Source: Lentimicrobiaceae bacterium (GTDB lineage: Bacteria; Bacteroidota; Bacteroidia; Bacteroidales; UBA4417). Taken from it: DNA of 64,000 bases. Both the position numbers and the translations under genes were made by a program. The first letter of the stretch is position 1. Each line of letters opens with the position of its first letter. Shown here piece by piece: positions 21,290 through 30,839 of this stretch. A model generated the notes under the pieces. It saw only the letters and a program-made list of their open reading frames with translations, was not told the DNA's origin and did not search any database. The stretch lies in the NCBI GenBank assembly GCA_031550085.1, contig JAVBOY010000003.1, positions 4,006 through 68,005 on the forward strand, in the 5' to 3' direction.

Positions 21290-21307
21290 GTTAAGTAATT
21301 AAAAAAT

Positions 21308-21338
21308 TAAACGTATGCCGTAAAAGAAGAGAAACAAA
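21308..21338 (-). promoter_or_regulatory. Candidate Bacteroidota promoter for rny (-33 TTTG, 19-nt spacer, -7 TACGTTTA)
   Basis: On the minus strand the sequence reads TTTG-(19 nt)-TACGTTTA, ending 18 nt before the rny ATG. The last base of the -7 box deviates from consensus (A instead of G). Confidence 0.45.
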
Positions 21339-21339
21339 G

Positions 21340-21540
21340 AAAAAACCCACATCGGTTCAAGAAGTTTTGGGAAACCCCAAAACGACAAGATAGGGCTGCC
21401 TGATAACGCAAACGTCCACTGTCAATTTTGCAATTGAACCAAACCGAAGCTTGGTTGAGGCCTGTTTTTGCTATTCACTGAGCTTATGCCCCAAGTGTAA
21501 ACTGTTGAGTTTCCAAACGTAAGTTGAACCAATGCGGGTT
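21340..21540 (-). ncRNA. Structured RNA candidate of about 200 nt downstream of zapA; the architecture is 6S RNA-like, but the class is unproven
   Basis: A 17-bp long-range helix pairs AACCCGCAUUGGUUCAA (21540-21524) with UUGAACCGAUGUGGGUU (21360-21344) and is followed by U6. Colinear inner helices are GUUUGGAAAC/GUUUCCCAAAAC, GGGGC/GCCCU and AUAGCAAAAAC/GUUUGCGUUAU. There is an apical 8-bp UUCG tetraloop hairpin and a GCAA-loop hairpin. Roughly 16x16 nt of unpaired sequence lies between the helices. Confidence 0.45.
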
Positions 21541-21570
21541 ATGCTTTCAGCATATTGTTTTCAAAGAACA

Positions 21571-21876
21571 TCAGGTTGACTGATTTTGTTTAAGAGCATT
21601 CGTAAGTGTTTGATCTACACCCTGTAATGTGTCATATAACTTTTCATTCACAAAAGCCATTTCCGATGCAGTTTCTGTACTCAACGTCGCAAAATGAAGT
21701 GCCACCATCGCTAACAAATTTTGCTTGTCGTTGTAATTGTATGAATTTGCATACCGGCTTACTTGTTCATCAATCAGTTTTACAGCTTTACGAACGGCTT
21801 CCTCCTCATCTCTTTTCACAAACAAACGATATGTCCTGTCTGCAATAGAAACATTTATTGCCAATTCATCAGCCAT
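21571..21876 (-). CDS. zapA: Cell division protein ZapA
   Basis: 101 aa. The N-terminus is typical of ZapA (INVSIADRTYRLFVKRDEEEAVRKAVKLIDEQV). Confidence 0.8.
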   Translation of the reverse strand: MADELAINVSIADRTYRLFVKRDEEEAVRKAVKLIDEQVSRYANSYNYNDKQNLLAMVALHFATLSTETASEMAFVNEKLYDTLQGVDQTLTNALKQNQST

Positions 21877-21897
21877 GATTCTTCATTATTGTATTTT

Positions 21898-22188
21898 TTA
21901 TTTATTGCTCAAAAAATCAATACACCTGTCGAGTTCCCGCAACAATTCATTAATCTTTTTTTTCGATTCTGTCGTGTTACTATTCTCTTCTACGGCGTTT
22001 CTTATTTGTAATATATATTCTTTTTGTTCTAGTTCGGTTATTAACTTGTTTTTCTGTTGAATCTCATCTTCCAATTGCCTGCATTGTTGTTTTAACTCTT
22101 CAATCTGACCGTGCAATTTTGCAATTTCTTCAGCAACTTGCTTCGATTTATATTGAATACCCAACACCAACGTTTCAATATGCTGCAT
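21898..22188 (-). CDS. Small coiled-coil protein encoded immediately upstream of zapA (hypothetical)
   Basis: 96 aa. Heptad-rich sequence runs almost end to end (IEELKQQCRQLEDEIQQKNKLITELEQKE). A 21-nt gap separates it from zapA on the same strand. Confidence 0.6.
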   Translation of the reverse strand: MQHIETLVLGIQYKSKQVAEEIAKLHGQIEELKQQCRQLEDEIQQKNKLITELEQKEYILQIRNAVEENSNTTESKKKINELLRELDRCIDFLSNK

Positions 22189-22406
22189 GTTTCGGAAATG
22201 AGAAATTCGTTTTCTTGTGCAAAGATAGTGTAGGGAATTGGAATTCTATAATTTTTTTGTTGCTTTTGTTTCCTAAAAAAGCAAAATCACACTCTTTGAA
22301 TTTATTTCCGGTTGCCAAAGTTTCCGTACTTTTGCCTCTGACAGACCTTTTGAAAGGTTTGACTTTTTTCGGTTTCATTATTTTATTTACCTTTCAACGA
22401 AAATTA

Positions 22407-23693
22407 TTGGAAACTCATTACAAACTCCTGTCTCCGGTCAGCGGATCGTTTTTTGAGGATGAAAATTGGCTGTTGGATATTTCCAACGAATCCGCTCCTT
22501 GTCTGCTTCGAAGTGTTTACCAAGCGAAACAATTGAATTTGAAAGGCGATGAACTCGGCATTTATCGCTTTTCCGACTGGCTGCCCATAAAACGGTTACT
22601 CAAAGGTTCTTCATCACCGGTTACCTATAAAAGCGAAAAATTAGCCCATGTGTTAGGCCTAAAAAACCTTTACATTACTTTTTCCGGTTGGTTCCCCGAA
22701 AAAGGGGCAAGCATGAAAACATGTTCGTTCAAAGAAACCGAAGCTTACACGGTTTGCGCCCGAATGGACGAGCGCTTTGACAAAGTGTTGGTGGTCGCCT
22801 CAGCCGGAAATACAGCGCGGGCCTTTGCCAGCGTTTGTTCCAAAAATAACATTCCGTTACTGCTTTGCGTACCCGAAGACAATCTGGATGCGCTTTGGTT
22901 TGACGAACCCATTCGCGATTGTGTAAAATTAATTGCAACGAAAACCGGAAGTGATTATTACGATGCCATCCATTTGTCGAATTTGGCTGTAAAAACCGAA
23001 GGGTTTCTTGCTGAAGGCGGAGCCAAAAATGTAGCCCGTCGCGACGGCATGGCTACGACCCTGCTTTCGGCAGCAACGCATATCGGAAAAATTCCCGAAT
23101 ATTATTTTCAGGCAGTCGGAAGCGGAACCGGGGCTATTGCAGCTTGGGAAGCCAATTTACGTTTGATTGACGACGGCCGTTTCGGCAACCATAAAATGAA
23201 ATTGATGCTTTCGCAAAATGAACCATTCCACCCCATTTACGATGCATGGAAAGCATTATCACGTGACATCCTGCCGATGGACGATGAGGAAGCACGTATA
23301 AAAGCCAATTTAATCTGCGCCAAAGTGCTTTCAAACCGGAAACCTCCTTACTCTTTAACCGGTGGACTTTTTGATGCCTTAAAAGACACAGAAGGGGATT
23401 TACTGCTGGCTTCGAACCTCGAAGCGGGCCAAGCCGCCGAATTGTTTGAACAAACCGAAGGAATTGATATTCACCCGGCGGCAGCCGTAGCTACCGCAAC
23501 CTTGCAAAAAGCCGTTTCGGAAGGCCGCATTCATCCCGAAGCAATCATTATGCTCAACATCACCGGCGGAGGTGAAAAACGTTTTAAACAGGGGAAACCC
23601 CTGCACGATTTAAAGCCGGATCATATTTTTGAAATTTCGGCCAGCCAGGAAGAAGTCAGCCAAAAGTTAAAGAAACTATTTGCCAAAGCATAA
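22407..23693 (+). CDS. Threonine-synthase-fold PLP enzyme, probable cysteate synthase
   Basis: The PLP-lysine motif is TCSFKETEA, and the N-terminal layout (YRFSDWLP...SPVTYKSEKLA..LGLKNLYITFSGWFPEKGA) resembles cysteate synthase. The only in-frame ATG (22119) overlaps the convergent coiled-coil gene, so the TTG at 22407 (METHYKLL) is proposed as the start. The start is uncertain. Confidence 0.55.
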   Translation: METHYKLLSPVSGSFFEDENWLLDISNESAPCLLRSVYQAKQLNLKGDELGIYRFSDWLPIKRLLKGSSSPVTYKSEKLAHVLGLKNLYITFSGWFPEKGASMKTCSFKETEAYTVCARMDERFDKVLVVASAGNTARAFASVCSKNNIPLLLCVPEDNLDALWFDEPIRDCVKLIATKTGSDYYDAIHLSNLAVKTEGFLAEGGAKNVARRDGMATTLLSAATHIGKIPEYYFQAVGSGTGAIAAWEANLRLIDDGRFGNHKMKLMLSQNEPFHPIYDAWKALSRDILPMDDEEARIKANLICAKVLSNRKPPYSLTGGLFDALKDTEGDLLLASNLEAGQAAELFEQTEGIDIHPAAAVATATLQKAVSEGRIHPEAIIMLNITGGGEKRFKQGKPLHDLKPDHIFEISASQEEVSQKLKKLFAKA

Positions 23694-23753
23694 AACCGGG
23701 CTTTGCGCAAAGCGGAATTTCGGATATTCATTTAAATTTAAACCCTCTTCGAA

Positions 23754-24209
23754 CTACGCTTCCGGCGGATTCGACTGCTCCAATACGTGCCAATCAATGG
23801 AATTGATAATTGAGGTTAAATTTTTGATCGAACTTTCATCGATTTTAAAAACGGCCACCACATTTTCAATGGATTTCAATTGTTTTTGCAACGGATCATG
23901 ATCGGGAAAAGGCCCTCGTAAAAAGAGGAAATAATCGATTTGTTTGAATTTGGGCAATAAAAAGGATTGGCCGTTGTAATTTCCGACCAGAAAAAAATGA
24001 GTGCGAACGGCTGGGCTGTAAGAAATGAAAAACGGGTAATAGGCAATGCCCGTTGTCGAACTTACCGGCAGATCGGCGGTGTTTTTTAATTGCGAATTTA
24101 AAACCTTACTCACAAAAAATGCCAGCCGGTAGTCGTACAAACTGGTTGTAATGCCCAGTATGGCATCCATCGGCTCGTATTCGTTTTCGATTTTTATAAG
24201 TTTCGCCAT
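23754..24209 (-). CDS. Hypothetical protein, possibly IPExxxVDY family
   Basis: 151 aa. The motif LLPKFKQIDYFLF resembles the IPExxxVDY signature of a Bacteroidota-restricted family. This assignment is from memory only. Confidence 0.5.
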   Translation of the reverse strand: MAKLIKIENEYEPMDAILGITTSLYDYRLAFFVSKVLNSQLKNTADLPVSSTTGIAYYPFFISYSPAVRTHFFLVGNYNGQSFLLPKFKQIDYFLFLRGPFPDHDPLQKQLKSIENVVAVFKIDESSIKNLTSIINSIDWHVLEQSNPPEA

Positions 24210-24250
24210 TTTAATTTATTAGTTCGAAATTCACGACACTTACCGCTCTC

Positions 24251-25606
24251 CTAGCCTTTTTTCAATAACATGCCACTCAGCAATTTTAATCCGATTTCCG
24301 CTTTCTTTGCTTCAAATTGGGCTTGAAGCAATGCGTATTGGGTGTCGATCAATTTATTCTGAATTTCACGCAATTCGATATCGTTGATCGTACCCAGGGT
24401 ATATTTCTCAAAAGCTATTTTCACATTCTCGGCAGCAATGTTTTGATTGGCATTTTCAATGCGCACCAGTTCCAGCGAGTTACGGTAATCAGTAAAAGAT
24501 TTTAACAGATTGGTGCGGATATCCAAATCCAGTTGTTGAAAAGAAGTTTCGCTCGATTCCTGTTGAAGTTTTGCATTGCTTATTCTCCTCGAAACACTTC
24601 CGCCGTTGAACAAGTTGTAGTTCAAGGTAAACCCGAATTGCGGCCCGTTTTGCCTGTAAAAGCTGTTTGTTCCGTAATTATAGTTTGTGTTGCTGAAATT
24701 ATAAGCCGAATTGAATCCAAGACGCGGATAACGTTCTGATTCAATACTTTTTACGGACAATTCCGCCAAATGGGTATCCAACCGGGCTTCCTGCAACTGT
24801 TTATTTTCGGACAATGCCCTGCTTGCCAATGCCTCATAATTATAAACAGAAATTAAAGTAATGGAGTCCAAAACATCAAAGTTTGTTCGCGGGTCACGGG
24901 CCAGTAGCCGGTTAAAATCAATTTTTGAGTTTTCAAGAATCCGCATTTGCTGGATTAGCCGCGAACTATCTGCATTCAAGTCAACCGTCGATTGCAACAG
25001 CATCAGTTCCGAACCGGATCCCAATTTTAATTTCGCTTCGGAAATCCGCTTGCGCTCGGCCGAAAGTGCGGCAGCTTCCTGCAAGCGGCTGACCACTTGC
25101 TTGTTTTGGATAATTCCGTAATACAGCAGCATGATATCGGCAACCGTACTTTCAATGATCGATTCCACCTGCACTTGTCCAAGTTCTGCAATCAACCCCA
25201 ACGTTTTTTGATTGGTAAACATATTGAACCCGTCGAACAAAGTCCAGTTCAGTTGGATTCCGGCCGTAACTACGTTGGTATTTGCATTGTTTTGCGTGCT
25301 TTTGACATCGTTAAAAGGTTTCTGCGAGATGGTTCCGTAGGTATTGCTTTGGGATGCATTTAAACCAACCGAAGGCAAAAAGCCAGCATTCCCCAACGTA
25401 TTGTTGTTTTTTGCAATTTGTTCCTCGTTGCGTTGCAGCTTAATGGAATAGTTATTGTCCAAGCCGATTTTCAGTGCTTCTTCAAGTGTAATAACGGATT
25501 GAGCTTGTGTAAAAACTGAAAAGGTTAAAATGCCGAATATTAGTATTGTTCTCACCGGAATTTTTTTTACAAATTTTAAAAACAAAAACGATTGGAAATT
25601 AAACAC
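24251..25606 (-). CDS. TolC-family outer membrane efflux protein
   Basis: Contains a signal peptide and a duplicated OEP repeat pattern (LTLEEALKIGLDNNYSIK..., paired coiled regions). No adjacent MFP or pump genes are present. Confidence 0.8.
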   Translation of the reverse strand: MFNFQSFLFLKFVKKIPVRTILIFGILTFSVFTQAQSVITLEEALKIGLDNNYSIKLQRNEEQIAKNNNTLGNAGFLPSVGLNASQSNTYGTISQKPFNDVKSTQNNANTNVVTAGIQLNWTLFDGFNMFTNQKTLGLIAELGQVQVESIIESTVADIMLLYYGIIQNKQVVSRLQEAAALSAERKRISEAKLKLGSGSELMLLQSTVDLNADSSRLIQQMRILENSKIDFNRLLARDPRTNFDVLDSITLISVYNYEALASRALSENKQLQEARLDTHLAELSVKSIESERYPRLGFNSAYNFSNTNYNYGTNSFYRQNGPQFGFTLNYNLFNGGSVSRRISNAKLQQESSETSFQQLDLDIRTNLLKSFTDYRNSLELVRIENANQNIAAENVKIAFEKYTLGTINDIELREIQNKLIDTQYALLQAQFEAKKAEIGLKLLSGMLLKKG

Positions 25607-25642
25607 ACTAAGTGCTTATTTGTCATGTTTTTCAATATTCCA

Positions 25643-26614
25643 CTAATCCATGGTTTGCGAAGGATGTTTCGACGCATCAAGCATTAATGAATATTCTTCA
25701 GGTGTTATATCGTTAAAAAAGAAGTCGATCGGGTTGATTTTGGTCCCATTTTTAATAACTTCATAATGTAAGTGAGGCGCTGTCGACTTCCCAGTATTCC
25801 CCATCAGCGCAATTTTTTGTCCACGAACGACTTTTTGTCCTTCCTGCACCAAAAATTTCGACAAGTGAGCATATAACGTTTTATACCCAAAGCCGTGATT
25901 GATCACCAGTTGAACACCGTACCCGCCCGTATTGTATTCTGCTGATTCCACAACGCCGTCGCCTGTCGCATAAATCGGAGTTCCCACAGCAGCAGTAAAA
26001 TCCAACCCATAGTGAAATTTCGGAACCTTGTAGAAAGGATCCGTCCGGTAGCCAAAAAATGAACCGATCCGGCGCAAATCTTTAAAATCAACCGGACGAA
26101 TCGCCGGAATCGAAGCCAGCATTTTTTCTTTGTCTTTGGCCAATTTAAAAACCTGGTCGTACGATTTGCTTTGCATATAAATTTGATTGACAACCGCATC
26201 CAGCTTTCTGTAAGTATTAACAACGATATCCGAATTCCTGTATTTTTTCAGGTCTTCGTAACGGCTTTCATTGACGTACCCCCGCATTCTTTTCTCAACG
26301 GGAATGGGCTCCGCTTCAAAAATAACCCGGTAAATGTTGTTGTCCCGGTCGGCCAGGTCGTTTATAACAGCTTGTGCATGATCCACACGATCGTTTAGAA
26401 TTTTATACTGGAGTTTGTATTGTTCGATTTCACGTTCCAGCATTTTTTCACGGGGCGACGAAATAAAACGGTAACCCAAAAGCAGCAAAACCGCAGCAAG
26501 TACCAAACCCAATGCCGAAGCCGAAAGCCATTGCTTAATACGCTGGCGTTTCGATACCTTTACACGTTCAATTTTAAGTGTTTTGGCATTCAGGTGATAT
26601 TTTATTTTTGTCAT
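25643..26614 (-). CDS. M23-family metallopeptidase with an N-terminal TM helix and coiled coil
   Basis: Contains the HYGLDF, GDGVV and HLHYEV zinc-binding and active-site motifs. Confidence 0.85.
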   Translation of the reverse strand: MTKIKYHLNAKTLKIERVKVSKRQRIKQWLSASALGLVLAAVLLLLGYRFISSPREKMLEREIEQYKLQYKILNDRVDHAQAVINDLADRDNNIYRVIFEAEPIPVEKRMRGYVNESRYEDLKKYRNSDIVVNTYRKLDAVVNQIYMQSKSYDQVFKLAKDKEKMLASIPAIRPVDFKDLRRIGSFFGYRTDPFYKVPKFHYGLDFTAAVGTPIYATGDGVVESAEYNTGGYGVQLVINHGFGYKTLYAHLSKFLVQEGQKVVRGQKIALMGNTGKSTAPHLHYEVIKNGTKINPIDFFFNDITPEEYSLMLDASKHPSQTMD

Positions 26615-26798
26615 ATCTTAAAATCGATCGTATGAAATGCTGCAGGAAACAATTGAACAAATTGTAAGTGAGGCATGTATATAAGAAATATCCAGAATCG
26701 CCACGCAAAAATAATTATTATCAGTAAATTTGCGGTCTTTTTTAGAATTTTTGAAAAATTAATCCTTGATAATTCAATACCTATTTAGATAGCATTCC

Positions 26799-29420
26799 AT
26801 GACTTCAGCACAAGTACGCCAGCAATTCCTCGACTTTTTTGCATCAAAGCAACATCAGATTGTTCCTTCAGCACCTATGGTGGTGAAAAACGATCCGACC
26901 CTGATGTTTACCAATGCCGGGATGAACCAGTTTAAGGATATTTTTTTGGGAATCGCCCCGGTGAAATATCCTCGTGTAGCCGATTCACAAAAATGTTTGC
27001 GTGTTTCGGGAAAACACAACGACTTGGAAGAAGTGGGACACGATACTTACCATCATACCATGTTCGAAATGTTGGGCAATTGGTCGTTCGGTGATTATTT
27101 TAAAGAAGAAGCCATTGCCTGGGCTTGGGAATTGCTCGCAAATGTTTACAAAATCGACAAATCCCAATTGTACGTGACTATTTTTGGCGGCGACCCAAGC
27201 GACCATTTACCGGAAGATACCGAAGCCCTCGAAATCTGGAAAAAATATGTTCCGGAAGACCGGATTTTGCGGGGTTCTAAAAAAGATAATTTTTGGGAAA
27301 TGGGCGACACCGGTCCCTGCGGCCCATGCTCCGAAATCCATGTAGATATCCGGAATCTCGACGAACGGGCTAAAATTCCAGGAGCCGGACTGATCAATAA
27401 AGACCATCCGCAGGTGATCGAAATCTGGAATAATGTATTTATCCAATTCAACCGCCAAGCTGATGGAAAATTGGTTCAACTGCCTGCAAAACACGTAGAC
27501 ACCGGTATGGGATTTGAACGTTTGTGCATGGTTTTGCAGGGCAAACAGAGCAATTACGATACCGATGTGTTTACGCCGCTTATTCAGGAGATTGCCAAAC
27601 TTTCGAACATTGCTTACGGAACAAATGAAAAAAGCGATATCGCCATGCGCGTCATTGCCGATCACTTACGCACCGTAGCTTTTGCCATTGCCGATGGGCA
27701 ATTGCCTTCCAACGTGAAAGCCGGGTATGTAATCCGCCGGATTTTGCGACGTGCCGTTCGTTACGCTTATTCGTTTCTGAATGCACGCGAGCCGTTTTTA
27801 TTCCATTTGTTTCCTGTTCTGGAAAACCAAATGGGGTCTTTTTATCCCGAACTGGTAAAAAATTCCGAACTAATCAAACGGGTAATGGCAGAAGAAGAAA
27901 ATTCCTTTTTGAAAACCTTGTCAATGGGAATTCAAAAATTCAACCAATATATTGTCAATAATTCCGCCAACAAAATCATCAATGGCGACTTTGCTTTCGA
28001 ACTGTACGACACCTATGGTTTCCCGATTGATTTGACCGATCTGATGTGCCGCGAAATCGGCTGGACCGTGGATATGGAAAATTTCAGCAAACGGCTGGAA
28101 GAGCAAAAATCCCGTTCGCGAAAAGATGCGGAAGTAGAAACCGGCGATTGGGTGGATTGCCAACCGCAAGAAGATCATGTTACCGAATTTATGGGCTATG
28201 ATGTCACAGAAACCCCTGTTCGGATTTTGCGTTACCGCAAACTGATCGCCAAAGGGAAAGAAATTTACCAACTGGTTTTTGATAAAACACCTTTCTATGC
28301 CGAAAGCGGCGGACAAGTAGGAGATACCGGTGCGCTTACTCGTAACGGTGAAAGCATTGAAATCACCGACACCAAAAAAGAGCACGGCTTGATTGTACAT
28401 TTGGTTGAAAAATTACCGTCGAATTTGGATGGCACCTTCACCGCCAAAGTGGATGAAAAGAAACGGACACTCACGGCCAACAACCATTCGGCGACCCATT
28501 TGCTGCATTATGCCTTGCGGAAAGTCCTCGGAACTCATGTGGAACAAAAAGGATCGTTTGTTGGGCCCGATTATTTGCGTTTTGATTTTGCCCATTTTCA
28601 AAAAGTAACGACGTTGGAATTGATTGAAATCGAGGCGGTGGTGAACCAATTGATTCGTAAAAATTTTGTTTTGAACGAGCAACGGGCTACATCCATGGAA
28701 AACGCGCAAAAAATGGGCGCCCTGATGTTTTTCGGCGACAAATACGGCGATTTGGTGCGGGTCATTCAATTCGGTGATTCCATTGAGCTTTGCGGAGGCA
28801 CACATGTCAAAGCAACCGGACAGATCGGATATTTCAAAATTACGGCCGAAAGCGCTATTGCTGCCGGTGTTCGCCGTATTGAAGCCATTACGGCCGACCG
28901 GGCGGAAGAGTTTTTAAACCAACAACTCAACATCATTGATGAACTGAAAGCGTTGATCAAAAATCCCAACGATCCGCTTTACGCCATTCGCCAGTTGATT
29001 GAGCAAAATTCCGAGCTTCGGAAAGAAATCGACATTTTGAATGCAGCTAAAATCCACCAGTTAAAAGATCAATTGATCAAAACAGCAGAGGATTTGAATG
29101 GAATCCGTTTCATTGCAACCAAAGTTGATTTGGATATGGCAGCCGCTAAAGATTTGGCATTCGGGTTAAAAACTTCTTGCGACAATCTGGTTGCCGTTAT
29201 TGGAAATGTTGCCGGCGACAAACCCGGCATTACTATCATCATTTCGGAAAATTTGGTTGCCGAACGCAAACTAGATGCCAGAAAAATGGTTCGCGAGTTG
29301 GCCAAACACATTCAAGGCGGCGGCGGCGGTCAGGCACATTTTGCCACGGCAGGCGGGAAAAATGCCGATGGAATTGACAAAGCTTTGCACGAGGCCTGCT
29401 CTTTGGTGCAATCTTTGTGA
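26799..29420 (+). CDS. alaS: Alanine--tRNA ligase
   Basis: 873 aa. Contains class II motifs, the editing-domain HxxxH motif (HSATHLLH) and a C-terminal DHHA1-like domain. Confidence 0.95.
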   Translation: MTSAQVRQQFLDFFASKQHQIVPSAPMVVKNDPTLMFTNAGMNQFKDIFLGIAPVKYPRVADSQKCLRVSGKHNDLEEVGHDTYHHTMFEMLGNWSFGDYFKEEAIAWAWELLANVYKIDKSQLYVTIFGGDPSDHLPEDTEALEIWKKYVPEDRILRGSKKDNFWEMGDTGPCGPCSEIHVDIRNLDERAKIPGAGLINKDHPQVIEIWNNVFIQFNRQADGKLVQLPAKHVDTGMGFERLCMVLQGKQSNYDTDVFTPLIQEIAKLSNIAYGTNEKSDIAMRVIADHLRTVAFAIADGQLPSNVKAGYVIRRILRRAVRYAYSFLNAREPFLFHLFPVLENQMGSFYPELVKNSELIKRVMAEEENSFLKTLSMGIQKFNQYIVNNSANKIINGDFAFELYDTYGFPIDLTDLMCREIGWTVDMENFSKRLEEQKSRSRKDAEVETGDWVDCQPQEDHVTEFMGYDVTETPVRILRYRKLIAKGKEIYQLVFDKTPFYAESGGQVGDTGALTRNGESIEITDTKKEHGLIVHLVEKLPSNLDGTFTAKVDEKKRTLTANNHSATHLLHYALRKVLGTHVEQKGSFVGPDYLRFDFAHFQKVTTLELIEIEAVVNQLIRKNFVLNEQRATSMENAQKMGALMFFGDKYGDLVRVIQFGDSIELCGGTHVKATGQIGYFKITAESAIAAGVRRIEAITADRAEEFLNQQLNIIDELKALIKNPNDPLYAIRQLIEQNSELRKEIDILNAAKIHQLKDQLIKTAEDLNGIRFIATKVDLDMAAAKDLAFGLKTSCDNLVAVIGNVAGDKPGITIIISENLVAERKLDARKMVRELAKHIQGGGGGQAHFATAGGKNADGIDKALHEACSLVQSL

Positions 29421-29534
29421 TACAGTATTAAAATGCTGTTTCACAAAGAAAAATAGATGACATCATGAAATCCTTTTTCAAATCAATTTGTTTTGTTTTA
29501 ACTTAAAATCTAGTCAACATAAAAAGATCCTTTT

Positions 29535-29542
29535 TACCTTTG
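29535..29542 (+). promoter_or_regulatory. Bacteroidota -7 promoter box (TACCTTTG) upstream of the type A CTD gene
   Basis: Exact TAnnTTTG match 30 nt before the ATG at 29572. Confidence 0.45.
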
Positions 29543-29571
29543 CCATCGAAGTTGAATACAATTGCTGATTT

Positions 29572-30612
29572 ATGAAACAATCTTTTTTACTCTTTCTATT
29601 GTTTTTTCTGGTAACAGCCTCACAAGGACAAGGTCCTACGCTGGAATATAACACACATGCTTTAAAAGCAGGAGAAAGTGCGACTTATCAATGCGCCGAA
29701 TATGTAACGGTACCTATAACTTCAGGAGCCAATCAACTTTGGGATTTCCGCAATTTAAAATTCACAACCAAAGAAATTAACGATCAGCTTCCCATTGCCC
29801 AAGCTCCGTATTCAGGCTTTGAGGACGCGGCCAATGTGATAACCGTTGTTAACGGAAATGCCGCTAATTATTTTCATGTAACCCCATCAGGTATCGAACA
29901 AGTAGGATATGCGGGCAAAAACGGTAAAGTACGATTCTCCGAGCCCGTCAAAAGGATGGTATACCCGTTCTCTTACAAATCTCGTTTGACCAGTCAATTT
30001 TCAGGAGAAGCATTGTTTGGAACCGAAACGCTGAAACTATTCGGAAGCGCTTCTGTAGAAGGCGATGCTTGGGGAACTTTGCTTTTGCCCAATGGTGTTG
30101 TGTACGAAAATGTTTTGCGGGTAAAATTTGTCTACCACAATCATGAAATATCACAATGCGGTACGCACGAAATTCTTCAAACTAAATACTATTATTATGT
30201 AAAGGACCTCCGGGACCCCGTATTCACTATATTGGAAGCGGATTTTATACACGAAGGAGTTGTTACGAATTCGCAAAAATACTGTGCCATACTTGAACCT
30301 GTTACGCCTAAGGTAACAGAACAACCGTTCCAAATTACGTTTGAAAGCAAGGTTACAGAATTTACGGTTTATCCAAACCCTTTTTCCGAATCTTTTGTGG
30401 TTGACTTGACATTGAAAGAGCAAAGCAATATTACCATCAGTTTATTCTCCGGAGATGGAAAATTTTTGGGGAATGTTGTTGAAAATCAACTTTTGGATGC
30501 AAAGAAACATTCGTTCAACTACAATGCAGGCAGACTTCCGGTGGGTGTCTATTTTGCTGTTTGCAAAGATGGAAAACACATTGTTACAAAGCAATTGGTA
30601 AAAACCCACTAA
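29572..30612 (+). CDS. Secreted protein with a T9SS type A (Por) C-terminal sorting domain; function unknown
   Basis: The signal peptide is MKQSFLLFLLFFLVTASQGQ. The C-terminus is FTVYPNPFSESFVVDL...ISLFSGDGKF...GVYFAVC... Confidence 0.8.
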   Translation: MKQSFLLFLLFFLVTASQGQGPTLEYNTHALKAGESATYQCAEYVTVPITSGANQLWDFRNLKFTTKEINDQLPIAQAPYSGFEDAANVITVVNGNAANYFHVTPSGIEQVGYAGKNGKVRFSEPVKRMVYPFSYKSRLTSQFSGEALFGTETLKLFGSASVEGDAWGTLLLPNGVVYENVLRVKFVYHNHEISQCGTHEILQTKYYYYVKDLRDPVFTILEADFIHEGVVTNSQKYCAILEPVTPKVTEQPFQITFESKVTEFTVYPNPFSESFVVDLTLKEQSNITISLFSGDGKFLGNVVENQLLDAKKHSFNYNAGRLPVGVYFAVCKDGKHIVTKQLVKTH

Positions 30613-30634
30613 ACATATTTTTTCCATGTAATAG

Positions 30635-30668
30635 AAGCCGAACCCATCACGCAGGTTCGGCTTTTTAT
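30635..30668 (+). terminator. Rho-independent terminator
   Basis: The stem pairs agccgaacc with ggttcggct, followed by ttttatttgg. Confidence 0.8.
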
Positions 30669-30839
30669 TTGGCAAAATAGATTATAAATTTAATTTTCAG
30701 CAGATTATATTCACTTTCATTGTTGTCACAAAAGCAGGTAATTTTACGGGTAAACAAGATTTTGTTGACTACTTCTTACAAAACACCTTTTCTGTTGTTT
30801 TGATATTACCTTAACTTTGCGTTGCAGTAATTTTTTGGC

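Noticed and set aside
22119-22406. The ATG at 22119 as the start of the cysteate-synthase-like gene
   Set aside because: It would add about 96 low-complexity residues, overlap the opposite-strand coiled-coil gene, and lie upstream of the only promoter-like box (22327-22334).
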